A DNA stretch of 64,000 bases, taken from the NCBI GenBank assembly GCA_030683005.1, contig JAUXMY010000018.1, positions 5,090-69,089 on the forward strand, read 5' to 3'. Source of the DNA: Caulobacter sp. (lineage in GTDB: Bacteria; Pseudomonadota; Alphaproteobacteria; Caulobacterales; Caulobacteraceae). Shown here in pieces: positions 38,998 to 48,449 of this stretch. Numbering within the stretch: position 1 is the stretch's first letter; every line of letters starts with the position of its first letter. The translations under genes were made by a program, and so were the position numbers. Under the pieces are notes generated by a model. The model ran no database searches. It saw nothing but the letters and a program-made list of their open reading frames with translations, and was not told where the DNA came from.

Positions 38998-39696
38998 ATG
39001 CCCGCGCCCGAGCTGCACATCGTCTTCGCCCTCTATCCGGGCGTCACCCACCTCGACTTCACCGGACCGCACCAGCTGCTGCAGCGACTGCCGGGCGCGA
39101 GGGTGACGGTGGCCAGCGTCGAGGGCGGCCAGATGGAGGCCGACGGCCTGACCTTCGCGGGGCTGACCCCCTATTTCGATATCGAACGCTGCGACATCCT
39201 CTGCGTGCCGGGCGGGTTCGGCACGGCCGACGCCATGCTGGACGAAACCTTCATGGCCCAGATCCGCCGGCTGGCGGAGGGCGCGACCTGGGTGACCAGC
39301 GTCTGCACCGGCTCGCTGATCCTGGCGGCGGCGGGGCTGCTGACGGGCCGGCGGGCGGCCTGCCACTGGGCCTGGCGCGACCAGCTGGCGCTGTTCGGCG
39401 CCATTCCCGACCCGGCCCGCGTCGTGCGCGACGGTCGCTACTTCACCGGCGGCGGGGTAACGGCCGGCATCGACTTCGCCCTGACCCTGGCGGCCGAGAT
39501 CGCCGGCGACGACTACGCCCAGGGCCTGCAGCTGGCGCTCGAGTACGCCCCGGCCCCGCCGTTCAACGCCGGCCGGCCGGAGACCGCCCCGCCGGAGGTG
39601 CTGGCCCGCATCCAGGCCTTCAACGCCACGATGATGGACACCAGGATCGCGGCCGCCGAGATGGCGTCGGCCCGGATGAGGGCGGCGATGGCGTAG
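38998..39696 (+). CDS. DJ-1/PfpI-family protein
   Basis: The start is set at MPAPELHIVFALYPG (AGGAGG upstream). The nucleophile elbow is VTSVCTGSLILAAAGLL. Confidence 0.85.
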   Translation: MPAPELHIVFALYPGVTHLDFTGPHQLLQRLPGARVTVASVEGGQMEADGLTFAGLTPYFDIERCDILCVPGGFGTADAMLDETFMAQIRRLAEGATWVTSVCTGSLILAAAGLLTGRRAACHWAWRDQLALFGAIPDPARVVRDGRYFTGGGVTAGIDFALTLAAEIAGDDYAQGLQLALEYAPAPPFNAGRPETAPPEVLARIQAFNATMMDTRIAAAEMASARMRAAMA

Positions 39697-39753
39697 GGGG
39701 CGGGACGGTCCCGCGATTGCAACGACTCTCCGATCAGCCCCGGAGAGTCGCCT

Positions 39754-40923
39754 GTGACGCGAGACATGTCCCAATCCATGACGCCCGCCGGTCCGGCGGG
39801 GCGCGGCGGCGCGCTCGACGCGCTGCGGTTCATGGCGGCGCTGCTGATCGTGCTCTACCATTTCGGGACCGAGGCGCCGGTGGCGCTGGAGGCGCTTCAC
39901 CCGGTGTTCGCGCGCGGCTATCTGGCCACCGACTTCTTCCTGATCCTGTCCGGCTTCGTGCTCGGTCGCGCCTACGGGGCGCAGATCCTCGGCGGACGGG
40001 TCGGGCTGTTCAGCTTCCTGCAGAAGCGGCTGGCGCGGATCTGGCCGGGGCAGCTGGTTGTGCTGGCCGGGCTGGCCATCGTCGTCGCCGCCGCCACGGC
40101 GGTCGGCTTCCACCCCGACAATCCGGAGAACTTCACCGCCTCGGCCATGCTGATGCAGGTGCTGATGGTCCAGGCCTGGGGCATCGAAGGCGGCGGCGGC
40201 TGGAACCACCAGAGCTGGTCGCTGTCGGCGCTGCTGGTCTGCTACGCCGCCTTCCCGCTGGCCTGGATGTGGATCAGCCGGCTGAAGAGCACCTCGGCCC
40301 TGCTGTCGCTGGGCCTGCTCAGCGTCATCATCGGCGACCTGCTCTGCGTGGCGCTGCTGAACCATCCCATCTACGACCTCAGCTTCCACCTGGGCGTGGT
40401 GCGGGCCGCGCCGCTGTTCCTGCTGGGCATCTGTATCGCGCGGGTGGTGGAGCAGGGACGGCCGTCGGTGCTGCTGGCGCGGATCATGGCGGTGCTGTCG
40501 CTGCTGGTCCTGGCGCTGCTGCAGGTCGCCGGCCGCTTCGACCTGCCCAGCATCGTGGCCATCGCCGCCATCGTGATGTCGTTCGGCCGCCTGCCGGTGG
40601 CCCGGCCGTCGTCGATCGTCGAGCAGGGCGCCAAGCTGTCCTTCGCGCTGTTCATCACCCATTCCCTGACCGGTCTGATCTGGTTCGGCGCCCTGGGCGC
40701 GGTCCGGGAGGGAGTCGGCCTGCCGGTCTGGCTGGACTGGACGATCTGGGCCGCCTCGATCCCGGCCGCCCTGGTTGCGGCGGCGCTGTTCCACCGCCTG
40801 ATCGACGCCCCGATCCAGAAGTGGCTGACGCCCCGGCTGAAGGGGCGGGTGCGGGCCGAGGCTCCCGAAACTCCGCTCATTCCGGCGAATGCCGGGACCC
40901 GGATCTCATCGATCAAGGGCTGA
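39754..40923 (+). CDS. acyltransferase family 3 (O-acyltransferase) membrane protein
   Basis: LDALRFMAALLIVLYHF near the N-terminus and about 10 hydrophobic segments. Confidence 0.82.
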   Translation: MTRDMSQSMTPAGPAGRGGALDALRFMAALLIVLYHFGTEAPVALEALHPVFARGYLATDFFLILSGFVLGRAYGAQILGGRVGLFSFLQKRLARIWPGQLVVLAGLAIVVAAATAVGFHPDNPENFTASAMLMQVLMVQAWGIEGGGGWNHQSWSLSALLVCYAAFPLAWMWISRLKSTSALLSLGLLSVIIGDLLCVALLNHPIYDLSFHLGVVRAAPLFLLGICIARVVEQGRPSVLLARIMAVLSLLVLALLQVAGRFDLPSIVAIAAIVMSFGRLPVARPSSIVEQGAKLSFALFITHSLTGLIWFGALGAVREGVGLPVWLDWTIWAASIPAALVAAALFHRLIDAPIQKWLTPRLKGRVRAEAPETPLIPANAGTRISSIKG

Positions 40924-41026
40924 TTGGCCTGGCGCTGAGCTCATGGAGCCCACCTCTGGACGTTCCATCTGGGCCCCGGCTTTCGCCGGGGTGAGCGGAT
41001 AGTTGGGGCCGAAAGAACTCTCAAAC

Positions 41027-41140
41027 CATCATCCTCGGGCTCGTCCCGAGGACCCCTCGTCATGCTTCATCGTGAGAGCGTGATCACACTCTCACCTGCG
41101 AGCCGAAGCAGGGGTCCTCGCCACAGGGGCGAGGATGACG
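41027..41140. repeat. nested inverted repeat with family D-like arms and a central near-palindrome around TGATCA
   Basis: CATCATCCTCGGGCTCGTCCCGAGGACCCCTC ... GTGAGAGCGTGATCACACTCTCAC ... GGGGTCCTCGCCACAGGGGCGAGGATGACGG. It lies in the convergent gap between the acyltransferase gene and nadC. Confidence 0.8.
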
Positions 41141-41177
41141 GCGGAACAGGATCTTTGTCAGTGCAGGATCCGAAGCC

Positions 41178-42023
41178 TCACCCCGCGTCCAGCCCGATGT
41201 CCAGCACGCTGGCCGAGTGGGTCAGGGCGCCGACGCTGATCACGTCCACGCCGGTCTCGGCGATGTCGCGGACGGTGTCGAGGGTCACCCCGCCCGAGGC
41301 TTCCAGCACCACGCGGCCGGCCGCCATGCCGACGGCGACGCGCAGGTTCTTGAGGCTGAAGTTGTCGAGCATGACCACGTCGGGCCCGGCGTCCAGGGCC
41401 TCGGCCAGCTGCTTGAGGCTGTCGACCTCGCACTCGACCTTGACCAGATGGCCGGCGAAGGCGCGGGCCCGGCGGATGGCCTCGCCGACCCCGCCGCAGG
41501 CGGCGACATGGTTGTCCTTGATCAGGATGGCGTCATCCAGGCCGAAGCGGTGGTTCAGCGCCCCGCCGCAGCGGACGGCGTACTTTTCCAGCGCCCGCAG
41601 GCCGGGCGTGGTCTTGCGGGTGTCGGTGATCCTGGCCCTGGTTCCCTCAACGGCGGCGACGTACTGCGCCGTCAGGGTGGCGACGCCCGACAGGCGGCCC
41701 AGCAGGTTCAGCGCCGTGCGCTCGGCCGACAGCAGGGCGCGGGCGTTGCCGGTGACCTTGGCCAGCACCGTTCCGGCCGCGACGGCGTCGCCGTCGGCCG
41801 CGCGCGCCTTGAACTTCGCCGCCGGGTCCAACGCCAGCACCGCGAGGCGGGCGCAGTCGAGGCCGGCGATGGTCCCGGCCTTGCGGGCCCCGAACGTCGC
41901 CGTCAGCGTCGCATCGGCGTCGATACAGGCCAGGGCGGTGATGTCTCCAGCCCGGCCCAGGTCCTCGGCCAGGGCGGCGCGGACGACCGGGTCGATCAGC
42001 AGGTCTGGCAGGGGCGCGATCAT
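41178..42023 (-). CDS. nadC: nicotinate-nucleotide diphosphorylase (carboxylating)
   Basis: The start is set at [12 protein letters not shown], giving an ATGA overlap with the nadB stop. Blocks include [24 protein letters not shown] and ILIKDNH. Confidence 0.92.
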   Translation of the reverse strand: MIAPLPDLLIDPVVRAALAEDLGRAGDITALACIDADATLTATFGARKAGTIAGLDCARLAVLALDPAAKFKARAADGDAVAAGTVLAKVTGNARALLSAERTALNLLGRLSGVATLTAQYVAAVEGTRARITDTRKTTPGLRALEKYAVRCGGALNHRFGLDDAILIKDNHVAACGGVGEAIRRARAFAGHLVKVECEVDSLKQLAEALDAGPDVVMLDNFSLKNLRVAVGMAAGRVVLEASGGVTLDTVRDIAETGVDVISVGALTHSASVLDIGLDAG

Positions 42024-43540
42024 TCGGCGGCGACCTTCAGCGCCTGCTGCGTCGGCAGGGTGACGAACGTATGGGCGGCCGGCTCGACCGCGTGGGGGAA
42101 GTCGGCGCGGAAGTGGCCGCCGCGGCTCTCGCGGCGGTCCAGGGCGCAGCGGGCGACGAGGCCCGCCGTGGCCAGGATCGGACCCTCGCCATGGGCGGCC
42201 TTCAGCCCCTCGACGGTGTCGATCAGCCGGGCCAGGCCCTCCGCGTCGCGGACCACGCCGGCGTGGAGAGTCATCTCGCGGCGCAGGGTCATCAGGGCGG
42301 CGCCCTTCAGGTCGGGCAGCGGGGCGGCGGTCTCGACCCGGCCGCTGGCGGGCGCGGCGTCGCGGGCGGCGGCGCCGGCCCGGGTTCCGAACACGGCGGC
42401 CTCGAGCAGCGAGTTGCTGGCCAGGCGGTTGGCGCCGTGCACGCCGGTCGAGGCGCATTCCCCGGCCGCGTAGAGCCGCTCCAGGCTGGTCCTGCCGTCG
42501 GCGTCGGTGACCACGCCGCCCATGTGGTAGTGGCAGGCCGGCGCGACCGGGATCAGCTGCACGCGCGGGTCGATGGCGGCGCTCATGCAGGCGGCGAAGA
42601 CGGCCGGGAACTCGGTCGGGAAATGCTCGCCCACCGCCTTGCGGGCGTCGAGGAAGGCCCCGCGTCCGGCGGCGATCTCGGCATGGATGGCCCGGGCCAC
42701 GACGTCGCGCGGCGCCAGCTCGGCGGCCGGGTGGTAGCCGGTCATGAAGGCCTCGCCCAGGGCGTTGACCAGCAAGGCGCCTTCGCCGCGCAGGGCCTCG
42801 GTGGCCAGCGGGGCGGGGTCACGGCCGATGTCGATGGCCGTGGGATGGAACTGCACGAACTCGGGATCGGCGATCAGGGCGCCGGCCATCGCCGCCAGAC
42901 CCAGGGCCTCGCCGCGCACCTCGGCGGGCGTGGTGGTCACCGCGTAGAGACCGCCCAGGCCGCCGCCGGCCAGGATGACCGCCTCTGCGGTGATCTCGAT
43001 CGTGCGGCCCTTGTGGCGGGCGACGACCCCGCGCACGGCGCCGCCGGCGTCCTGCAGCAGGCCGCGCACATGGACGCCGGCGCGGCTTTCCACGTTGGGC
43101 GAGGCGAAGGCGGCGGCGACCACGGCGCGCATGATCTCGCGGCCGGCCTGGTCCCCCCCCACACGGGCCACGCGGGCCCGGCTGTGGGCGGCTTCCAGGC
43201 TGACGGCGAAGCCGCCGTCCTGCGTGCGGTCGAACGGCGCGCCCAAGGCGGCCAGATGGCGCACGGCGTCCGGGCCCTCGCGGGTCAGGATGTCGACCAT
43301 GGCCGGATCGCACAGGCCCGCGCCGGCCGCCAGGGTGTCGGCGGCGTGCAGGGTCGGGGCGTCGTCCTCGCCCAGCGCCGCGGCCATGCCGCCCTGCGCC
43401 CAGGCCGAGGAACAGCCCTGGTTCAGCGGCGTCGGCGACAGCACCAGCGCCTTGCGGGGCGCGGCGGCCAGCGCGGCCGACAGGCCGGCCAGACCCGCGC
43501 CGACGATCAGGACGCCGTCGTGATGGGTTCGGTGGGTCAC
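42020..43540 (-). CDS. nadB: L-aspartate oxidase
   Basis: [17 protein letters not shown] motif, HYHMGGV and a C-terminal RESRGGHFR. Confidence 0.93.
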   Translation of the reverse strand: MTHRTHHDGVLIVGAGLAGLSAALAAAPRKALVLSPTPLNQGCSSAWAQGGMAAALGEDDAPTLHAADTLAAGAGLCDPAMVDILTREGPDAVRHLAALGAPFDRTQDGGFAVSLEAAHSRARVARVGGDQAGREIMRAVVAAAFASPNVESRAGVHVRGLLQDAGGAVRGVVARHKGRTIEITAEAVILAGGGLGGLYAVTTTPAEVRGEALGLAAMAGALIADPEFVQFHPTAIDIGRDPAPLATEALRGEGALLVNALGEAFMTGYHPAAELAPRDVVARAIHAEIAAGRGAFLDARKAVGEHFPTEFPAVFAACMSAAIDPRVQLIPVAPACHYHMGGVVTDADGRTSLERLYAAGECASTGVHGANRLASNSLLEAAVFGTRAGAAARDAAPASGRVETAAPLPDLKGAALMTLRREMTLHAGVVRDAEGLARLIDTVEGLKAAHGEGPILATAGLVARCALDRRESRGGHFRADFPHAVEPAAHTFVTLPTQQALKVAAE

Positions 43541-43543
43541 TTG

Positions 43544-43665
43544 CCTCCCTCCCCTTCATGGGGAGGGACAGTCGGCGAAGCCGACAGGGTGGGGCTTGCG
43601 GCGGCCACCCCTTGCCCCACCCGTCCGGGCTTCGCCCGGCCACCTTCCCCATGAAGGGGAGGGAG
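43544..43665. repeat. 122-bp structured palindromic element between nadA and nadB
   Basis: The terminal hairpins are TCCCTCCCC-TTCAT-GGGGAGGGA and CCTTCCCC-ATGAA-GGGGAGGG. The internal blocks GGGTGGGGC and GCCCCACCC are complementary. The architecture resembles family A. Confidence 0.8.
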
Positions 43666-43679
43666 AAGCGTGATCCTCA

Positions 43680-44765
43680 TCAGATCAACTCCACGGCGAC
43701 ATGGTGCTGCGCCTTGACCAGGTCGTAACGCGCGGGAACGGCGGGCGGGGGCAGGTCGATCATCCGTTGCACGGCCAGGCGGGCGCGATCGGCCAGAACC
43801 GGATCGACGGTCACCTCGAACTGCTCCTTGACCAGGGCGTCATGGATGTTCTGCAGGCTGATCTGCTTCATGTGGGGGCACATCATGCAGGGGCCGATGA
43901 ACTGGGTGTCGGGGGCCTGGGCCTGGACGTTGCTGGCCATCGAGCATTCGGTGATCAGCACCACCTGCCTGGGCTTCCTCTGCACGACCCAGTCGTTCAT
44001 GGCGGCGGTGGAGCCGGCGAAGTCGGCGGCGGCCAGCACCTCTTCCGGGCATTCCGGGTGGGCGAGGATCTGGGCGTCCGGCCAGGCAGCGCGCATGTCG
44101 GCGACGTCCTGGGCGTTGAAGCGCTCGTGCACCTCGCAGCGGCCCTGCCAGGCGATGATCTTGATGTCGGTCTGGGCGGCGACGTTGCGGGCCAGGAACT
44201 CGTCCGGGATCAGGATGACGCGGTCGACGCCCCATTCCTTCGCCGCCCACTCCACCACCTGCACCGCGTTGGCGCTCGTGCAGCAGATGTCGGTCTCGGC
44301 CTTCACTTCGGCGGTGGTGTTGACGTAGGTGACCACCGGCAGGCCGGGGTAGCGCTGCTTGATCAGCCGCACGTCGGCGCCGGTGATCGAGCTGGCCAGG
44401 CTGCAGCCGGCGCGCAGGTCGGGAATCAGCACCTTTTTGTCCGGGCACAGCACCTTGCTGGTCTCGGCCATGAAGTGCACGCCGGCCTGGACGATGATCT
44501 TCGCGTCCGAGCGGGCCGCCTCGCGGGCCAGGCCCAGGCTGTCGCCGACATAGTCGCCCACGCCGTGGAAGATCTCCGGCGTCATGTAGTTGTGGGCCAG
44601 GATGACGGCGTTCTTTTCGCGCTTGATGCGGTTGATCTCGGCGATCAGCGGCGCGTGAAGTTGCCACTCCAGCGGCGTGACGTGGGACTTCACCTTCTCC
44701 CACAGCGGCGCGGTTTGCGCTTCCACCTCGGCGGTGAAGGTCAGGGGGGCGAACCCGTCAGCCAT
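43680..44765 (-). CDS. nadA: quinolinate synthase
   Basis: The start is set at MADGFAPLTF (AAGGAGG 6 nt upstream). Blocks include ILAHNYM, GVHFMAET, CCTSANAV and ILAHPECP. Confidence 0.93.
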   Translation of the reverse strand: MADGFAPLTFTAEVEAQTAPLWEKVKSHVTPLEWQLHAPLIAEINRIKREKNAVILAHNYMTPEIFHGVGDYVGDSLGLAREAARSDAKIIVQAGVHFMAETSKVLCPDKKVLIPDLRAGCSLASSITGADVRLIKQRYPGLPVVTYVNTTAEVKAETDICCTSANAVQVVEWAAKEWGVDRVILIPDEFLARNVAAQTDIKIIAWQGRCEVHERFNAQDVADMRAAWPDAQILAHPECPEEVLAAADFAGSTAAMNDWVVQRKPRQVVLITECSMASNVQAQAPDTQFIGPCMMCPHMKQISLQNIHDALVKEQFEVTVDPVLADRARLAVQRMIDLPPPAVPARYDLVKAQHHVAVELI

Positions 44766-44776
44766 CCGGTTCCTCC

Positions 44777-44797
44777 TTATGCTCAAACTGAGCATTT
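44777..44797. promoter_or_regulatory. 21-nt site TTATGCTCAAACTGAGCATTT (7-bp perfect inverted repeat ATGCTCA/TGAGCAT) abutting the nadA SD
   Basis: Read directly. A second, related copy lies at 44851-44871. Confidence 0.5.
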
Positions 44798-44850
44798 CAA
44801 GGGCCTGTAAAACGCCGGTCGCAGAACGATCCACTCCGGCGCTGCGCAAG

Positions 44851-44871
44851 TTATGCTACATCTGAGCAAAA
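44851..44871. promoter_or_regulatory. second copy of the nadA-upstream motif, TTATGCTACATCTGAGCAAAA
   Basis: It matches 16 of 21 positions of site 1 (TTATGCT-N6-TGAGCA conserved) and lies 74 bp further upstream of nadA. Confidence 0.45.
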
Positions 44872-45006
44872 CCTGCAAGACTCATATAGACCCGCGTTCA
44901 ACCGGGCGCAACCGTGCTATGAGCCCTTGCGCGCGTTCAGCGGCCTGCGTCGTCTTGTCTGCAAGGCGGTCGCGCTTACCTAGAGGGCGCAACAAGGAGC
45001 ACTGCA

Positions 45007-45486
45007 ATGTCTGCCAGGATTGACACCGGACTCGCCGCCAAGGATCGCGCCGCGGTCGCACAGGCGCTCTCCAGGGCTCTGGCCGACACCTACGCTCTGT
45101 ACCTGAAGACCCACGGCTACCACTGGAACGTCCGCGGCCCGAACTTCTCGTCGCTGCACGCCCTGTTCATGGAGCAGTACACCGAACAGTGGACCGCCCT
45201 GGACGAGCTGGCCGAGCGCATCCGCGTTCTGGGCGAGTTCGCCCCGCAGAGCGGCGCCGCCTTCGGCAACCTGACCTCGATCAAGGATGGCGATCCCGAG
45301 AACGACTGGGAAGCGATGGTCACCGACCTGAAGGATGGCCACGAGACGGTGATCGCCACCCTGCGCGAGCTGCTCGACATCGCCGAAAAGGCCGGCGACG
45401 ACGTTTCCGTCGATCTCGGCACCCAGCGGCTGACGGCGCACGAAAAGCACGCCTGGATGCTGCGCGCCACGCTCGGCGTGAAGTAG
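45007..45486 (+). CDS. dps: Dps-family DNA starvation/stationary-phase protection protein
   Basis: 159 aa with YLKTHGYHWNVRGPNFSSLHALFMEQY and TDLKDGHETVI. Confidence 0.92.
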   Translation: MSARIDTGLAAKDRAAVAQALSRALADTYALYLKTHGYHWNVRGPNFSSLHALFMEQYTEQWTALDELAERIRVLGEFAPQSGAAFGNLTSIKDGDPENDWEAMVTDLKDGHETVIATLRELLDIAEKAGDDVSVDLGTQRLTAHEKHAWMLRATLGVK

Positions 45487-45491
45487 TCCGC

Positions 45492-46688
45492 TTGCGGCGC
45501 GGTCTCCACAGAAGCCGGGCGCTCGCGCTGGTCGCCCTCCTGGCGATCGTGCAGGTCGCCTGCGTGACCGACTACCGCAAGCCTGCCGGATCCGGCCGGA
45601 TCAACGGACAGGCGGCGGTGGCGCGCGGGTTCTCCAACATCGCGCTTGAGCGGGTCACCGCCGACATGGACCCGGCCATGCTGGCCCTCGCCCGCCGGCA
45701 CGATCCGGCCCCGCGCCAGGACTACTGGGGCCGGGTGGCCGGCTGGACGACCTATGACCTCACCAGCCTGCCGACGCTGGGCGACTTCAACTTCACCGCG
45801 CTCGACGCCCAGATGATCAATTCTCTGCGTCCAGGGAGCCTGTTCCCGCCGCCGGCGGCCAAGCCCTTTGTCTTCAAGGGGTCGGAGGAGGACCGTCTCC
45901 GCGCCGAGGAGTGCCTGACCCAGGCCATCTACTATGAGGCCGCGACCGAACCCGTCGAAGGCATGCAGGCCGTCGCCCAGACGGTGCTCAACCGGCTGCG
46001 GCACCCGGAGTACCCCAAGTCGATCTGCGGCGTGGTCTATCAGGGCTCACAGCGGTTCACCGGCTGCCAGTTCAGCTTCACCTGCGACGGCTCGCTGGCC
46101 CGCGTGCCCAATGACGTGCTGTGGCAACGCGCCCGGGGCGTGGCCCAGAAGGCGATGAACGGTTTTGTTCTGAAGTCCGTCGGCACCGCGACCCACTATC
46201 ACGCCGACTACGTCGCGCCGTACTGGGCGCCCACCCTCTACAAGATCCACACCATCGGCCGGCACATCTTCTATCGCTGGACCGGCCCCTGGGGTCTGCC
46301 GGCGGCCTTCACCGGCCGCTATGCCGGGGGAGAGAACGCGCTGTCGCTGGCGGTGCTGCAGGGACTCGATCCCCGGACCCAGGGCGCGCAGCTGGTCGGC
46401 GAGACCATGTCCCCGACCGCCGCGGCGATGCGGACCCTGACCCTTGAGGTCGACGGCATGGAGCGGACCTACACGGTGCAGGATCTGGTCGCCATGCCGG
46501 CCGGCCAGGAGGCGCCGCGCGTCGAGGGCGCCCTGGCCCCGACCCGGCGCGTGCCGACCGCCCAGGAAGTGTCGGACATCAACGCCCGTCTCAAGGCGCT
46601 TGAAGACCCCGACGCCCCGATCAGCACCGCGCCCGCCATCCCGACCGCCGACAGCGGCGACCTGCCGATCAAGACGCGGCGGTACTGA
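45492..46688 (+). CDS. cell-wall hydrolase, SleB (Hydrolase_2) domain protein, paralog 2
   Basis: EECLTQAIYYEAATEPVEGMQAVAQTVLNRLRHPEYPKSICGVVYQGS...CQFSFTCDG...ATHYHADYVAPYWAP. The start is tentatively the TTG at 45492, giving (M)RRGLHRSRALALVALLAIVQVAC. The 5' part of the 499-aa ORF overlaps dps in another frame and is discounted. Confidence 0.8.
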   Translation: MRRGLHRSRALALVALLAIVQVACVTDYRKPAGSGRINGQAAVARGFSNIALERVTADMDPAMLALARRHDPAPRQDYWGRVAGWTTYDLTSLPTLGDFNFTALDAQMINSLRPGSLFPPPAAKPFVFKGSEEDRLRAEECLTQAIYYEAATEPVEGMQAVAQTVLNRLRHPEYPKSICGVVYQGSQRFTGCQFSFTCDGSLARVPNDVLWQRARGVAQKAMNGFVLKSVGTATHYHADYVAPYWAPTLYKIHTIGRHIFYRWTGPWGLPAAFTGRYAGGENALSLAVLQGLDPRTQGAQLVGETMSPTAAAMRTLTLEVDGMERTYTVQDLVAMPAGQEAPRVEGALAPTRRVPTAQEVSDINARLKALEDPDAPISTAPAIPTADSGDLPIKTRRY

Positions 46689-46731
46689 GGATTTCGCACG
46701 CTCGCGCTTACCGGTCGGGAGCACCGCGGCC

Positions 46732-46874
46732 TTGCGTCCTTCGACACGCGCCAGAGTTTACCCTCGGGCCGCCGTTCGGCGGACCCGGGGGGCGCTGCTC
46801 AGGATGACTATGATGGGGAGCCTTCTTTCCCAGTCATCCTGAGCAGCCGCGAAGCGGCGTGTCGAAGGACGCAA
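46732..46874. repeat. family B palindromic repeat, copy 3, with a 38-bp insertion in the left arm
   Basis: TTGCGTCCTTCGACACGCGCC[AGAGTTTACCCTCGGGCCGCCGTTCGGCGGACCCGGGG]GGCGCTGCTCAGGATGACT ... AGTCATCCTGAGCAGCCGCGAAGCGGCGTGTCGAAGGACGCAA. Confidence 0.85.
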
Positions 46875-46882
46875 CGCGCTGG

Positions 46883-47386
46883 CTACCCGGCTATCCCGAA
46901 CGCATTGGCGTAGGTCACCGTCACCGGCGCATCGAGCGCGCCTGGCTTCAGCGACAGGGCCATGAAATGCGGCCCGGCGAACGGCGAGGTCACGGTCAGC
47001 GCCGCCTGGGCGGAATAGCCGACGCGCGGGTAGTAGGCCGGATGGCCCAGCACGATGACCGCCTCGACGCCGCTGGCGCGGAGCAGTTCGTGTCCCGTCT
47101 CCATCAGCCAGGTCCCGAGGCCGTCCTTCTGGCGGCCGGGGAGGACCGACAGCGGGGCCAGGGCGGCGAACCGCGCGCCGGTGTCGGTGGTGAGCGGGCT
47201 GAACAGGATATGGCCGACAATCGCGCCGTCGTCCTCCGCCACCAGCTCGAGCAGCGCGTCGCCGTCGGCGCGCAGGGCGTCGACCAGGTCTGCCTCATCG
47301 GACTTGCCGAACTCGGCGGTGAAGGCGGCGGTGACAACGGCGCGGATGGCGGCGTGGTCCTCCGGCGCGGCCGGGCGGATCACCAT
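46883..47386 (-). CDS. GNAT-family N-acetyltransferase
   Basis: 167 aa, with IVGHILFSP...LAPLSVLPGRQKDGLGTWLM and VIVLGHPAYYPRVGY (YhbS-like). The ATG overlaps the trxB stop. Confidence 0.82.
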   Translation of the reverse strand: MVIRPAAPEDHAAIRAVVTAAFTAEFGKSDEADLVDALRADGDALLELVAEDDGAIVGHILFSPLTTDTGARFAALAPLSVLPGRQKDGLGTWLMETGHELLRASGVEAVIVLGHPAYYPRVGYSAQAALTVTSPFAGPHFMALSLKPGALDAPVTVTYANAFGIAG

Positions 47387-48387
47387 GCGCCGATCTTCTG
47401 CGCCTCGCCCTGGCTGATCGGCTGCTGGTCGGCGGCGTGGTCCTGTTCGGCCAGGAAGCGGACCGCCTCCAGCGCGGCCATGCAGCCCATGCCGGCGGCG
47501 GTGACCGCCTGGCGGTAGACGTCGTCGGTGACGTCGCCGGCCGCGTAGACGCCCGGGATGGCCGTCGAGGCCGTGCCGGGCTTCACCGACAGATAGCCGC
47601 CGGCGTGGGTCTCCAGCTGGTCCTTGAACAGCTCCGAGGACGGCGCGTGGCCGATGGCGATGAACACGCCGTCGGCCTTTACCTCACGGGTCTCGCCGGT
47701 CTTGACGTTCTTCAGCCGGGCGCCGGTGACGCCCATGGGGTCGGTCTCGCCCAGCACCTCGTCGACGGCGTGGTCCCAGATGACCTCGATCTTCGGATTG
47801 GCGAACAGCCGCTCCTGCAAGATCTTCTCGGCCCGGAACGCGTCCTTGCGGTGGACGACGATGACCTTGGCGGCGAAGTTGGTCAGGAACAGCGCCTCCT
47901 CGACGGCGGTGTTGCCGCCGCCGACGACGATGACGTCCTTGCCCCGGTAGAAGAAGCCGTCGCAGGTGGCGCAGGCGCTGACGCCGAAGCCCTGGAACCG
48001 CTGCTCGCTCTCCAGGCCCAGCCACTTGGCCTGGGCTCCGGTGGCGATGATCACCGTCTCGGCCAGCCAGTCCTGTCCGCTGTCGGTGCGGATGCGGAAC
48101 GGCCGCTGCGACAGGTCGGCCTCCAGCACGATGTCGTTGATGACCTCGGTCCCGACGTGGCGCGCCTGGGCCTCCATCTGCTCCATCAGCCAGGGCCCCT
48201 GGATGGCCTCGGCGAAGCCGGGATAGTTCTCGACATCGGTGGTGATGGTCAGCTGGCCGCCGGGCTGGATGCCCTGGATCAGCACGGGCTTGAGCAGGGC
48301 GCGGGCGGCGTAGATGGCGGCGGTCCAGCCGGCGGGGCCGGAACCGATGATCAGGCAGCGGGTGGTGCGGGGAGCGGAGGTCGACAT
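47380..48387 (-). CDS. trxB: thioredoxin-disulfide reductase
   Basis: The start is set at MSTSAPRTTRCLIIGSGPAGWTAA. The redox centre is ACATCDGFFY, and the NADPH motif is VVGGGNTAVEEA. Confidence 0.93.
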   Translation of the reverse strand: MSTSAPRTTRCLIIGSGPAGWTAAIYAARALLKPVLIQGIQPGGQLTITTDVENYPGFAEAIQGPWLMEQMEAQARHVGTEVINDIVLEADLSQRPFRIRTDSGQDWLAETVIIATGAQAKWLGLESEQRFQGFGVSACATCDGFFYRGKDVIVVGGGNTAVEEALFLTNFAAKVIVVHRKDAFRAEKILQERLFANPKIEVIWDHAVDEVLGETDPMGVTGARLKNVKTGETREVKADGVFIAIGHAPSSELFKDQLETHAGGYLSVKPGTASTAIPGVYAAGDVTDDVYRQAVTAAGMGCMAALEAVRFLAEQDHAADQQPISQGEAQKIGAW

Positions 48388-48449
48388 GGGCGCTAATCTA
48401 GGGATGATTCCGCTCGGGCGCGATGGGCGCCGGGCGGGGGAGCGGTGAA

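Noticed and set aside
43153-43160. Homopolymer runs of C8 in nadB (43153-43160), C7 in pseG (51645-51651) and C7 at 31654-31660, as possible phase-variation tracts.
   Set aside because: The coding ones are in frame (Gly-Gly codons) and the genes are intact. In this base composition such runs are expected by chance. Only the G7 run at 3444-3450 coincides with a frame problem.
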